Shown piece after piece: positions 8,227 through 17,510 of a stretch of DNA of 64,000 nucleotides (positions within the stretch are counted from its first letter, which is position 1; each line of letters begins with the position of its first letter). Both the position numbers and the translations under genes were made by a program. The stretch comes from Deltaproteobacteria bacterium Ga0077539. Its GTDB lineage: Bacteria; Myxococcota_A; Polyangia; Polyangiales; Ga0077539. The notes under the pieces are model-generated. The model did no database searches and had not been told where the DNA came from. It saw only the letters and a list, made by a program, of their open reading frames with translations. The stretch is from assembly GCA_001465015.1 (NCBI GenBank), contig LNEO01000143.1, positions 62,864 through 126,863 of the forward strand. Reading direction: 5' to 3'.

Positions 8227-8745
8227 TCAGTTGGCTGCGGGCGGGATCTGGACGAACTCGACGAGCGTCCCTCGATCGATGTGGTGCCGCTCCGTGAACC
8301 CTGCGTTGACCTCGAGAACGTACTGCGACTCGCCCTCGACCTGCCTGGGATCATCAGTCATGGGCGTCGCGTTGCGCACGACGCCGAGCACGCGCCGGTC
8401 GGACTTGATGAACACCATGTCCAACGGCAAAAACGTGTTTCGCATCCAAAAAGACTGCTGTTCGCTCTCGGCGAAGACGAAGAGCATTCCGTTGTTGGCG
8501 CCGAGGGAGGTGCGGTTCATCAAGCCCTCCATGCGAGCCGAGTGCGTCCGCGCGACCTCGACGCGAACGGTGACCGGCGGGTGTCCTTCTGGCCTCAGCA
8601 CGACGTGGGGTCCGCTGACCGAGGACGGCGGATCGCTGCCGCGGTCGCTGGGCGGGGTTGTAGGCTGCAACTGCGGCGTGTCACGACAGGACGCGAGCGC
8701 CAGGAACGAGATCGCCAGAATGATTCGCACAGGATGCGGTCCCAC
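8227..8745 (-). CDS. DUF192 (COG1430) family lipoprotein
   Basis: VEVARTHSARMEGLMNRTSLGANNGMLFVF...FWMRNTFLPLDMVFI...YVLEVNAG is the DUF192 signature. Lipobox LALASC. The start (GTG 8745 or 8730) is uncertain. Confidence 0.7.
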   Translation of the reverse strand: MGPHPVRIILAISFLALASCRDTPQLQPTTPPSDRGSDPPSSVSGPHVVLRPEGHPPVTVRVEVARTHSARMEGLMNRTSLGANNGMLFVFAESEQQSFWMRNTFLPLDMVFIKSDRRVLGVVRNATPMTDDPRQVEGESQYVLEVNAGFTERHHIDRGTLVEFVQIPPAAN

Positions 8746-8858
8746 GGGGTAGCGAACGCCGTTGGCGCTGTCAATTGCTGGGCCAACGCACAGAATCCAC
8801 CTCGGTGATCGTAGGGGTTCGTGCTTCGGCTCGGCCGCGGTAGGATCGCGCACCAAGG

Positions 8859-10391
8859 TTGGAAGCGCTGGTCTCGTTGGTTGGCGCTGGGCCGGGTGAC
8901 CCGATGCTGATCACCCTCGCCGGCGTGCGCGCATTAGCGCGAGCAGACGTGGTGTTGTTCGACGCGCTCGTGCACCCTGCGCTGCTCGCGCACGCGCGCC
9001 CGCAGGCCGAACGTGTGTTCGTGGGCAAGCGCGCCGGTCACGAGGGCATCCGCCAAGACGAGATCAACGCGCTCATGCTCTCGTACGTGAAGCGAGGGAT
9101 GGCGGTGTGTCGGCTCAAGGGCGGCGATCCTTTGCTGTTCGGACGCGGGTCGGAGGAGGCCGAATTTCTCGAGGCGAACGGGGTCTCGTTCGAGGTCGTG
9201 CCTGGCGTGAGCTCGGTGCTGGGCGCGACGGCCTACGCCGGAATCCCCCTCACCCATCGCGAGCACTCGTCCTCGGTCGCGTTCATCACGAGCAGCGAGC
9301 ACGCGAACAAGCAGGCGAGCGCGCACGACTGGACCAAGCTCGCGACCGCGACGCAGACGCTCGTGTTGTTCATGGGCGTTCGTCGCGTGCGCAGCGAGAT
9401 GCAGCGCCTTGTCGAGCACGGCCGCGATCCAAGCACGCCGGCCGCCGTCATCGAGCGGGGCACGTTCGCGCGGCAGCGCGTGGTCGTGGGGACCATCGCC
9501 GACCTCGCGGATCGCTGCGAGGCCGAAGACATCGGAGCGCCGGCGCTCGTGATCGTCGGCGCGGTCGTCACGCTCCGCGACGCGTTGCGGTGGTGGGATC
9601 GGCAGCCGTTGATCGGCGCGTGCGTGGCAGTTACGAGGCCCCGGGCGCAGAGAGCAGAGCTCTCATCGTTGCTCTCGGAGCGCGGCGCCGAGCCGCTCGA
9701 GCTTCCGGCGATCGAGCCGTGCGACGCTGACGTGAGCTCGTTGCGTGCCGCTGCGAAGCGCGCTGGCGAGTTCGACGTGATCGCGTTTTCGAGCGCGAAC
9801 GGCGTGGAGTATTTCTTTCGAGCGCTCGCCGAGCAGGACCTCGACGCGCGCGCGTTGGGCAAGGCGAAGGTGGCGTGCATCGGCGCGGCGACCGCGATGC
9901 GCCTTCGAACGTTTGGGGTCCGCGCAGATTCCGTGGCGACCGAGGCGGTGGGTGAAGGGTTGGTCGTCGCAGCGCGCGCTTTGCTCGGCGACAAGCTCGA
10001 GGGCGCTCGCGTGCTCGTTCCGCGGGCGGCGCGGGGTCGGGACATCGTCGTCCGCGCGTTGATCGACGCCGGCGCGTCGGTCGAGCTCGTGCGGGCATAC
10101 GACACGCGCGTCGACGCCGATGGGCTCGCCCCGTTGCGAGTCGCGCTCGAGTCCGGCGCGATCGACGCGATCACGTTTGCCTCGGGTTCTGCGGTGGACG
10201 CTGCGTTCGACACGCTCGGCGAAGACGCTGCGCAGCTGCTTTCGCCGGTGACGATCGCCACGATCGGTCCGGTCACGAGCGACGCGGTTCGCGCGCGTGG
10301 AGGGGTCGTTGGTTGCGAGGCCACCGAGGCGAGCGATCGTGGGATCGTCGCAGCGCTCGAAGCTCACTACCGCCTCGCCCGAGGCCCGTAG
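8859..10391 (+). CDS. cobA: Fused uroporphyrinogen-III C-methyltransferase (CobA/SUMT) and uroporphyrinogen-III synthase (HemD)
   Basis: N-terminal LVGAGPGDPMLITLAGVRALARADVVLFDALV...RLKGGDPLLFGRG is the SUMT signature. The C-terminal ~250 aa is HemD-like (two alpha/beta half-domains; FSSANGVEYFF, ITFASGSAV). Confidence 0.85.
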   Translation: MEALVSLVGAGPGDPMLITLAGVRALARADVVLFDALVHPALLAHARPQAERVFVGKRAGHEGIRQDEINALMLSYVKRGMAVCRLKGGDPLLFGRGSEEAEFLEANGVSFEVVPGVSSVLGATAYAGIPLTHREHSSSVAFITSSEHANKQASAHDWTKLATATQTLVLFMGVRRVRSEMQRLVEHGRDPSTPAAVIERGTFARQRVVVGTIADLADRCEAEDIGAPALVIVGAVVTLRDALRWWDRQPLIGACVAVTRPRAQRAELSSLLSERGAEPLELPAIEPCDADVSSLRAAAKRAGEFDVIAFSSANGVEYFFRALAEQDLDARALGKAKVACIGAATAMRLRTFGVRADSVATEAVGEGLVVAARALLGDKLEGARVLVPRAARGRDIVVRALIDAGASVELVRAYDTRVDADGLAPLRVALESGAIDAITFASGSAVDAAFDTLGEDAAQLLSPVTIATIGPVTSDAVRARGGVVGCEATEASDRGIVAALEAHYRLARGP

Positions 10392-10394
10392 ACT

Positions 10395-11534
10395 TCAGCG
10401 TGCGGCTCGGACTCTGGGGATCACGCGCTCGATCACCGTCGCTGCGTCGCCGAGCATCGCCTCGGTGGTCGACGGCGCAAGCGTGACGCGGAGCGCTCCT
10501 TGGAGCAGTCGCTCGAGGGCGGGAAACATCGCGACGAGCGCCTTGCTCACACCCGCGCGCCCCGACGAGCACGCCGGCCCGGACGACACGCACAGGCCGT
10601 CGAGGTCGAGCGCCGCGACGAGCTCTTCTCCTGCGATTTCGCTGACGATAAAGTGTGCGGCGGTCGCGGTGCGGACGATCGGCGCGGCCGTCGAGCGAAC
10701 GCCGTCGATCGCGAGGACGCGCGCTTCGAACGCGTCGCGCCGCCGCGCGAGCTCGGGCATCGCCGCGAGTCGTTGCGGGATCTCTTCCGCTGCGGCGCCG
10801 AACCCGATGATGCCGAGGGTGTTCTCAGTTCCGGCGCGGAGTCCGCGCTCCTGCGCGCCGCCTTCGGTGAGCGGCGCTGCTCGGCGATCGTGACGCAGCC
10901 ACGCGGCGCCGACGCCTGTCGGACCGCCGACCTTGTGCGCAGAGATCGCTGCGGCGACCGCCCCCGTTGCGCCCAGATCGACCGGGATTTTTCCAAGCGC
11001 TTGAACCGCGTCGAGCACGACGACCGCGCCGTGCTTCTGTGCGGCGTCGATGATCGAACGGATGTTCGCGATCGCGCCGAGCTCGTGCTGGACCCAGCTC
11101 ACTGCGACCAGCGCGGGCTGCGGCGCGTCGGCGAGCGCCGGGGCGAGGGCCTCGACGTCGACTGCCCCGAGCGCTGTCGGCGCGAGGGTCTGCGCCGTGG
11201 TGCCGAGCAATTTCGCTGCGCTTCGGCAGGCGGCTTCGAGCGCCGGGTGCGCTCCAGGGTCGACGAAGAACGCGCGAACGGGCGTCGTCGTCGCCGTCGA
11301 ATGAACGGCGAGGTGCAGCGCCTCGGTCCCTCCGCTGGTGAACACGAGCTCGCGCGCCATCGCGCCGCACCGCGATGCGATTCGAGAGCGCGCAGCTTCG
11401 ATGAGACCTCGCGTCGCGCGTCCCGCGCGGTGAATGCTCGAGGGATTGGCGAGCTCGCGCTCGAGGGCGCCGCGGATCGCGTCCTTCGCGGCGCTCGAGA
11501 GCGGCGTTGTCCCGTGGTGGTCCAGGTAGATCAT
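10395..11534 (-). CDS. Cysteine desulfurase (class V aminotransferase, NifS/IscS-like)
   Basis: MIYLDHHGTTP..., NPSSIHRAGR, FTSGGTEA, the PLP-lysine region AISAHKVGGPTGVGA, and the catalytic-loop region SSGPACSSG. Confidence 0.8.
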   Translation of the reverse strand: MIYLDHHGTTPLSSAAKDAIRGALERELANPSSIHRAGRATRGLIEAARSRIASRCGAMARELVFTSGGTEALHLAVHSTATTTPVRAFFVDPGAHPALEAACRSAAKLLGTTAQTLAPTALGAVDVEALAPALADAPQPALVAVSWVQHELGAIANIRSIIDAAQKHGAVVVLDAVQALGKIPVDLGATGAVAAAISAHKVGGPTGVGAAWLRHDRRAAPLTEGGAQERGLRAGTENTLGIIGFGAAAEEIPQRLAAMPELARRRDAFEARVLAIDGVRSTAAPIVRTATAAHFIVSEIAGEELVAALDLDGLCVSSGPACSSGRAGVSKALVAMFPALERLLQGALRVTLAPSTTEAMLGDAATVIERVIPRVRAAR

Positions 11535-11551
11535 CGACGTTCAGCGCTTGG

Positions 11552-12772
11552 TCAGAGAATGTCCAAGCTCTGCGGCTCCATCGGGGGTCTGGGGGCGCGC
11601 GCGACTTGGACTCGCACGAGCAGTCCGCCGAAGGCTTGTCCTGCCACGAGCTCTCGTCCGCCGAGCTCGGCGCTGACGCTTCCGCCGTGCGCCTCGACGA
11701 CGCGTCGAACGATGGCGAGGCCGACGCCCGCGCCTTCGTGCTGGCGCGTGGTCGAGCCATCGCCCTGAAAAAACGGCTCGAAGATCTTGCTGACGACGTC
11801 GGCTTTGACGCCTGGGCCGCTGTCGTTGACCAGCACCTCGCACGCCGATGCGTTGACGCGCAGCTCGATCGCGACGGCGCCGCCGGACGGCGTGAACTTG
11901 AGGGCGTTGTCGATCACGTGCGCGATTCCTCGTCGAACGCGCTCGGCGTCTCCGGTCGCTGCCGCCGGGGCCGCGGGGATCATCGCGTAGAGTCGGATGC
12001 CCTTCTGATCGAACACCGGCCGGTAGCTCTCGATCGCTCGCCGCAGGACCGCGGCGAAATCGTAGGGAGCGAACGCGAAGCGCATGCGCCCCGCCTCGAG
12101 CTGTGTGACGTCGAGCAGCGCGTCGATCGTCCCGCGCAAGCGCGTGAGGGCGTCGCTCATCGCGCTGAGCGCCTTGCGCTGCGCGAGCGACAACGAGCCG
12201 AGCTCTTCGTTGGTGAGCAGATTCATGTAGCCGACGATCGGCGTGAGCGGCGTCGCGAGCTCGTGGGTGACGTTGCGGTAGAACTCCTTTCGGAGCCGGT
12301 CGGCTTCGAGCAGGCGCTGATTGGCTTCTGACAGCTCGTGCACCTTGGTCTCGAGGTGCTCGGCCATGCGTTGCCCTTGCGACCGCAGGATGGTCGATGC
12401 CTCGCGGTCGGTACGCTCTCGATGACCGGCCAGGTACTCGTTGATCTGTCGGACGAATTGGCGAACGTCGATCGGTTTGAGCAAGAAGCCGTCGCAACCG
12501 ACCGCGAGCGATTGCGCCCTGTCTCCCTCTGCGGTGATGGCGACGATCGGAACGCCAGGCAGCCGCCCCCTGAGCAGCATCGCGACCTCGTATCCGTCCA
12601 GGTCGGGAATATTGATGTCGAGCAGGATCAGGTCGGGCTTCACCTCACCCGCGAGCCGGGCCCCTTCGAGTCCCGAAGACGTCTCGACGACGCGGTGGCC
12701 TGCGGCTTGGAGGAGCTTGCGGACGAGCAACAAGCTCTGCGGGTCGTCCTCGACGTGCAGGATGGTGGCCAC
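11552..12772 (-). CDS. Hybrid response-regulator receiver / histidine kinase
   Basis: N-terminal receiver domain (ILHVEDDP...DLILLDINIPDLDGY...KP). H-box HELATPLTPIVGY. HATPase N/G boxes (DNALKFT, DSGPGV, GAGVGLAIV). Confidence 0.85.
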   Translation of the reverse strand: MATILHVEDDPQSLLLVRKLLQAAGHRVVETSSGLEGARLAGEVKPDLILLDINIPDLDGYEVAMLLRGRLPGVPIVAITAEGDRAQSLAVGCDGFLLKPIDVRQFVRQINEYLAGHRERTDREASTILRSQGQRMAEHLETKVHELSEANQRLLEADRLRKEFYRNVTHELATPLTPIVGYMNLLTNEELGSLSLAQRKALSAMSDALTRLRGTIDALLDVTQLEAGRMRFAFAPYDFAAVLRRAIESYRPVFDQKGIRLYAMIPAAPAAATGDAERVRRGIAHVIDNALKFTPSGGAVAIELRVNASACEVLVNDSGPGVKADVVSKIFEPFFQGDGSTTRQHEGAGVGLAIVRRVVEAHGGSVSAELGGRELVAGQAFGGLLVRVQVARAPRPPMEPQSLDIL

Positions 12773-12891
12773 GACGGAAAGTTGCCAGAATGCGACCGCC
12801 GAAGAAAGGCGCGAGTTCGTCGGGCGGGAGACAAGATCACGATAGCGTCGCGGCCGCGGCGGCGTACGATGGAGGGCAGCGGCGGCGTGCC

Positions 12892-14145
12892 ATGGCGACG
12901 GACGTAGTGCGACGACTCGTATACGAGGGACTGCTCACCGAGGCGGAGGCTTCGGCGGTGGTCGCGCGACGTGCGATGTACGGAGAGCCAGCGCCGGTCG
13001 CGTTGGTCGCGACGGGCTCAGCTGCGGCAGGGACGCTGTCAGCGCTGTTCGAGCGGCTCGGATACATGCCAGCGTCGCGGCTGCGTCCGTCGAACCACGC
13101 GCGGCTCTTGCCGAAGGGCTTGCAGCGAACGCTGTGGGTCGTTCCGATCGGAGAGAGCCCGGAGGGCGTCGTCGTCGCGATGGTCGATCCGACCGACGCG
13201 CATGCGCTGCGAGAGCTGCGGTTTCACCTGCGGCGCGCGATCGATCCGCGCGTGGCTGAAATGGACGCGCTGCGCGCGGTGGTGTTCGAGATCGATCCGC
13301 CGGCCGAAGGAAAGGTCAACACGCGTCCGGCGCCCGGCGGCGCGCCCCCTGCGCAGGGCGACGACGCGCAATGGAGCGCGGGTTCGGTCGAGGTGTTCCA
13401 GCGCGAAGTGGTGGGGCTGGTCAGGCCGCGAGAGCGGGCGGTTACGCCTCCCTACGGGCAACCTGTGGTGCAGGGCCCGAACAGCTCCTGGGGCCGAGGC
13501 CGAAGCGACGTCGTGAAGATGGAAGACGCCTCCATCACGCTCGGGGCGACGCGTGCGCGAACCATGGTGTCATCGACGCCGAGTCGCGGCGTCGACAAGG
13601 CGATTCCGATTCGTCGCCGGTCGTCGAAGTCGCGGGCTGCTGTGGAGCTCCCGCGCGAGGCGCTGCACCCACTCGGAGAGTTGAAGGTCGCCGAGGATCG
13701 AGACGCGATCGCGCGGGTGTGCGTCAAGGCGCTGTCGCTGGTCGGCGAGCGAGCGGTGTTCTTCGTTGTGAAAAAGGGCGTCGTACAAGGGTGGGACGGC
13801 GCCTGCGCAAACGCATCTCTCGCAGGACTGTCGAAAGAAGCGCTGCAAAATCTCTGGATTCCGATCACGTCGCGGTCGGTCTTTCGTACGTGCGTCGAGG
13901 GCTCGGGTCGCTTCGAGGGCGCGCTGACGGACTCGAGCGCGGACTCGATCATCGCAGCGGCGCTCGGCGGTCGACCGTCCCGTGTGGTCGTCGCGGCGAT
14001 CGAAGTGCGCGGCCGGGTTGTGGCGTTTCTGTACGTCGACAACGCGGATGACGTCGACGCAGCGCGTGCGCGCGTGGGCGAGCTGTGCGCGGCCGCGGCA
14101 GACGCGTTCGAGCGATTGCTGCTCTCGACCCGCGGCGATCGCTGA
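12892..14145 (+). CDS. Protein with a GspE/MshE N-terminal-like (T2SSE_N) domain; the C-terminal half is unassigned
   Basis: LLTEAEASAVV...LWVVPIGESPEGVVVAMVDPTDAHALRELRFHLRRAIDPRVAEMDAL resembles the T2SSE_N fold signature. Start chosen at ATG 12892. Confidence 0.45.
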   Translation: MATDVVRRLVYEGLLTEAEASAVVARRAMYGEPAPVALVATGSAAAGTLSALFERLGYMPASRLRPSNHARLLPKGLQRTLWVVPIGESPEGVVVAMVDPTDAHALRELRFHLRRAIDPRVAEMDALRAVVFEIDPPAEGKVNTRPAPGGAPPAQGDDAQWSAGSVEVFQREVVGLVRPRERAVTPPYGQPVVQGPNSSWGRGRSDVVKMEDASITLGATRARTMVSSTPSRGVDKAIPIRRRSSKSRAAVELPREALHPLGELKVAEDRDAIARVCVKALSLVGERAVFFVVKKGVVQGWDGACANASLAGLSKEALQNLWIPITSRSVFRTCVEGSGRFEGALTDSSADSIIAAALGGRPSRVVVAAIEVRGRVVAFLYVDNADDVDAARARVGELCAAAADAFERLLLSTRGDR

Positions 14146-14364
14146 CGGCCAAGCGGCCCCTCGCCGGCTCCGCGCGGCGTCCTCCGTCGTTGCGCGGTCG
14201 GTGGACTCGCGTTCAACGACGCCGATCCCACGCGAGCATCGATCGTGCTGCAGCGGTGCTCCGCTGAAGCGCGCATTCGCTGCGCGGCGTGCGGTGGGCG
14301 AGCGATGAGGGGTGCCGCCGTCGCGCGGACAGAGGTACAACGCTCCGCGGAGAAGAGATCAGCG

Positions 14365-16053
14365 ATGACCGATCGAGAGCAGCAAAAGCGCGACGACAAC
14401 GAATTCGAAGCGGCGCTCGAGCAGTGGAAGACCGAGCGGCTCGACCCGCTCGAGAAGCAGAGCGCTCCGCGGAAGCGAGCGGGGTTGCTCGCGGGCGGCG
14501 CCGACACCGAGCTTCTGTACACAGCGTCGGACGTCGCGAAGATCGACCGCGTGCGTGACGTGGGATTTCCCGGACAGGCGCCGTTCGTTCGCGGAGTGCA
14601 GGCGAACATGTACCGCGGTCGTCTGTGGACGATGCGGCAGTACGCAGGATTCGGCACGGCCAAGGCGTCCAACGAGCGGTATCGAATGCTGCTCGCGAAG
14701 GGACAGACCGGACTGTCTGTGGCCTTCGACCTGCCGACGCAGATGGGTCGAGACAGCGACCACCCGATGTCGCTCGGCGAGGTCGGAAAGGTTGGAGTCG
14801 CGATCGATTCGATCGAGGACATGGAGGTGCTGCTCGACAGCATTCCGCTCGATCAGGTCTCGACGTCGATGACCATCAATTCAACCGCCGGCATCCTGCT
14901 CGCGCTGTACGTCGCCGTGGCGAAGCGGCGAGGGATCGCAGCGGAGAAGCTACGCGGCACGATCCAAAACGACCTGCTCAAAGAGTATATCGCGCGAGGG
15001 ACGTACATCTTTCCGCCGAAGCACTCGCTCGATCTGACCGGCGACATCTTTCGCTGGGCAAACACCGCGGTCCCGAAGTGGAACGTGATCTCTGTCTCCG
15101 GCTATCACATGCGCGAGGCCGGCTGCGACGCGATTCAAGAGGTCGCCTTCACGCTCGCGAACGGCGTCGAGTACGTCGAGACCGCGCTGCGTGCGGGGCT
15201 CAAAGCGGAGGCTTTCGCCTCGCAGCTGAGCTTCTTCTTCAACGTCCACAACAACCTGCTCGAAGAGGTCGCGAAGTTTCGCGCGGCGCGGCGGCTGTGG
15301 TCGGACTTGATGCACGAGCGCTTCGGCGTGACCAGCGATCGAGCGCGAGCGCTGAAGTTTCACTGCCAGACCGCGGGCGCGACGCTCACCGCGCAGCAGC
15401 CGCTCAACAACGTCGTGCGCGTGACGATCCAAGCGCTCGCGGCGGTGCTCGGCGGTTGCCAATCGCTGCACACCAACAGCTTCGACGAGGCGCTCGGCCT
15501 GCCTACGGAGCAGTCGGCGACGATCGCGCTGCGCACCCAGCAGATCATCGGCGCAGAGTCCGGGGCGGCGGACACCGTCGATCCGCTGGGCGGCAGCTTC
15601 GCGATCGAGTCGCTCACGCAGCGCATCTACGACGGCGCGCGCAAGTACCTCGAGCAGGTCCGCGAGATGGGCGGAATGGTCATCGCGATCGAGCGCGGCT
15701 TCGTGCAGCGCGAGATCCAGGACGCGAGCTACCGATACCAGCTCGAGATCGAAGACGGTCGTCGGCCGATCGTCGGGCTCAACGTGCACAAGGGCAGCGA
15801 TCAACCAGTTCCGGTGATGAAGATCGACCCCGCGCTCGAACGCGAGCAGGTCGCCCGGGTTCAGGCGGTCAGGGCCAACCGCGACGCGCAGAATGCGTCG
15901 GCGGCGGTGGCCGAGGTCGAACGCCGCGCGAGGCAGGGCGAATCGGTCATGCCGGCCATCTTGGACGCCGTCGAAGCGCGATGCACCGTCGGCGAAGTCT
16001 CCGACGCCCTGCGCAGAGTCTTCGGCGAACACGTCGAAATCCGCACCGTCTGA
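14365..16053 (+). CDS. Methylmalonyl-CoA mutase family, large (substrate-binding TIM-barrel) subunit; it has no B12-binding domain
   Basis: [61 protein letters not shown]...GKVGVAIDS is the canonical MCM signature. The protein ends before any DxHxxG B12 domain. Confidence 0.85.
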   Translation: MTDREQQKRDDNEFEAALEQWKTERLDPLEKQSAPRKRAGLLAGGADTELLYTASDVAKIDRVRDVGFPGQAPFVRGVQANMYRGRLWTMRQYAGFGTAKASNERYRMLLAKGQTGLSVAFDLPTQMGRDSDHPMSLGEVGKVGVAIDSIEDMEVLLDSIPLDQVSTSMTINSTAGILLALYVAVAKRRGIAAEKLRGTIQNDLLKEYIARGTYIFPPKHSLDLTGDIFRWANTAVPKWNVISVSGYHMREAGCDAIQEVAFTLANGVEYVETALRAGLKAEAFASQLSFFFNVHNNLLEEVAKFRAARRLWSDLMHERFGVTSDRARALKFHCQTAGATLTAQQPLNNVVRVTIQALAAVLGGCQSLHTNSFDEALGLPTEQSATIALRTQQIIGAESGAADTVDPLGGSFAIESLTQRIYDGARKYLEQVREMGGMVIAIERGFVQREIQDASYRYQLEIEDGRRPIVGLNVHKGSDQPVPVMKIDPALEREQVARVQAVRANRDAQNASAAVAEVERRARQGESVMPAILDAVEARCTVGEVSDALRRVFGEHVEIRTV

Positions 16054-16067
16054 GGCTCGATGCCACC

Positions 16068-16083
16068 GCGGTCAGGACCGCGA
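16068..16083 (+). terminator. Possible intrinsic terminator hairpin after the mutase gene: CGCGGT-CAGG-ACCGCG followed by ATTCATTTCTCTC
   Basis: Read directly. The stem is short and the T-tract is imperfect. Confidence 0.3.
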
Positions 16084-16340
16084 TTCATTTCTCTCGAACG
16101 CCGTCGCTGGTCCGTCTTCGAGGTCGATCGCTGTCGCGGGACCATGTGGGGTGGGCGCGCACCGCGGCAGAGCAGCGGTGCCAGTCGTTGAAACGGGCGC
16201 TGAATTGCTGGTGATTCAGCGAAACAACCCTCGCGTTCGATCGGGTGAGCGACGTGCTCGCCCCGGCGGTTCGTCTTCTGTGAACTGCCCTTCGTGAGCG
16301 GTTGGTGAGCTCGCAATGCGGGCGAGCTCTTTCTGCTTTC

Positions 16341-16370
16341 TTGACACTCGCGCTCGTACGCCGATACAAA
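16341..16370 (+). promoter_or_regulatory. Sigma70-like promoter candidate: TTGACA, 18-nt spacer, TACAAA
   Basis: It has a perfect -35 hexamer and a 4/6 -10 hexamer, about 57 nt upstream of the response-regulator start. Confidence 0.3.
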
Positions 16371-16426
16371 GCGAAAAACATGCGGCAAAATCGTTGTGGG
16401 GAAGGTGTTCGGAACCCAACGGTTCG

Positions 16427-17425
16427 ATGCTCGCGCGGACGGAGGCTGAGCCCGTGACCAAGACCCTGCTCGTGGTCGATGACAGCGCCACGATGCGCAA
16501 GGTGTTCGAATTGACCCTCCTCGGTGAGGAGGTCACCCTCGTCACCCACGATGGAAGCGAGTCGCTTCTTGCGCGAGCGCGGGACGTTCGTCCCTCGGCA
16601 GCGATCGTTGATGTGAGCCTCGGCGCGACGACCGGCTACGACATCTGTCGTGCGCTCAAGTCGGACGCCGTCGTTGGGCGCATTCCGGTCCTCTTGCTCT
16701 TCAGCGAGCAAAACCCGATCGACGAAGCGAAGCTGAAGGACTGTGGCGCTGAAGGGTCGCTCTCCAAGCCGTTCGAGACGCAAGCGCTCATCGATCGGGT
16801 CAAGCAGCTATTGTCGACGAGCCAATCGCAGCTCTCTGCGGTGCAGGCCCCTGCTCCGAAGCAGACGGCGACGATCGGCTCTGCGACGGTCGGAGTAGGT
16901 GCGCCTGCTCCGCCAACGACTGCCGCGCCTGTGAGCCCTCCGGCCGTCGGTGTTGCCAAGCCAGCGAGCGTCGGAGTGCCCTCGGGCATCCCGACCCCTG
17001 GAACGGCACGGCCCAAGGCGACGCAGATGTTCGCGCCCAACGTGGTTCCACCGGCCGCAGCGCCGACGCCACCCGCGGCGCCGACGCCACCCGCGGCGCC
17101 GACGCCGCCGATCGTTGCACCCTCACCCATCGCGGCGCCCAAGCCCGTCGTCGCCCCGCCGAGCGCCATCGTTGCACCGAAGCTGCCTGCTCCGGTGGCG
17201 AGCCCGCCCGAAGCCGCCCCTGCGCCTGCGGTTGCTGCCGCGCCCGCGATCAAGCTGCCCGCGGACCTCGAAAGTAAAGTGGCCGCGCTCGGACTCACCC
17301 CGGTGCAGGTCGAAGCGGTCGCGGCGCTCACCCGCGAGGTCGTCGAGCGCGTCGTGTGGGAGGTCGTTCCCCAGTTGGCCGAGTCGATGATTCGCGAAGA
17401 GCTTCGACGGCTGACGGCGAGCTGA
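16427..17425 (+). CDS. CheY-like response regulator with a Pro/Ala-rich linker and a conserved C-terminal helical segment
   Basis: Receiver domain (LLVVDDSATMRKV...AAIVDVSLG...SKPF). A ~130-aa P/A-rich region follows. The C-terminus reads LTREVVERVVWEVVPQLAESMIREELRRL. Confidence 0.75.
   Translation: MLARTEAEPVTKTLLVVDDSATMRKVFELTLLGEEVTLVTHDGSESLLARARDVRPSAAIVDVSLGATTGYDICRALKSDAVVGRIPVLLLFSEQNPIDEAKLKDCGAEGSLSKPFETQALIDRVKQLLSTSQSQLSAVQAPAPKQTATIGSATVGVGAPAPPTTAAPVSPPAVGVAKPASVGVPSGIPTPGTARPKATQMFAPNVVPPAAAPTPPAAPTPPAAPTPPIVAPSPIAAPKPVVAPPSAIVAPKLPAPVASPPEAAPAPAVAAAPAIKLPADLESKVAALGLTPVQVEAVAALTREVVERVVWEVVPQLAESMIREELRRLTAS
17060..17113 (+). repeat. 18-bp tandem repeat gcgccgacgccacccgcg, two perfect copies and one degenerate copy, encoding (APTPPA)n
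   Basis: Read directly, inside the response-regulator linker. Confidence 0.8.
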
Positions 17426-17510
17426 CCGGGCGCGGTCGATTCAACGGCGGGGGACGAAGCGTCGAACAACGGTTGTGTCGCGCGCGCCGTGGAGTTATGG
17501 CGCTCTCGTC

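Noticed and set aside
14146-14364. A cobalamin riboswitch upstream of the methylmalonyl-CoA mutase gene.
   Set aside because: I saw no B12-box-like GCCACTG core or the surrounding conserved helices in the 220-bp leader. An Rfam scan would be decisive.
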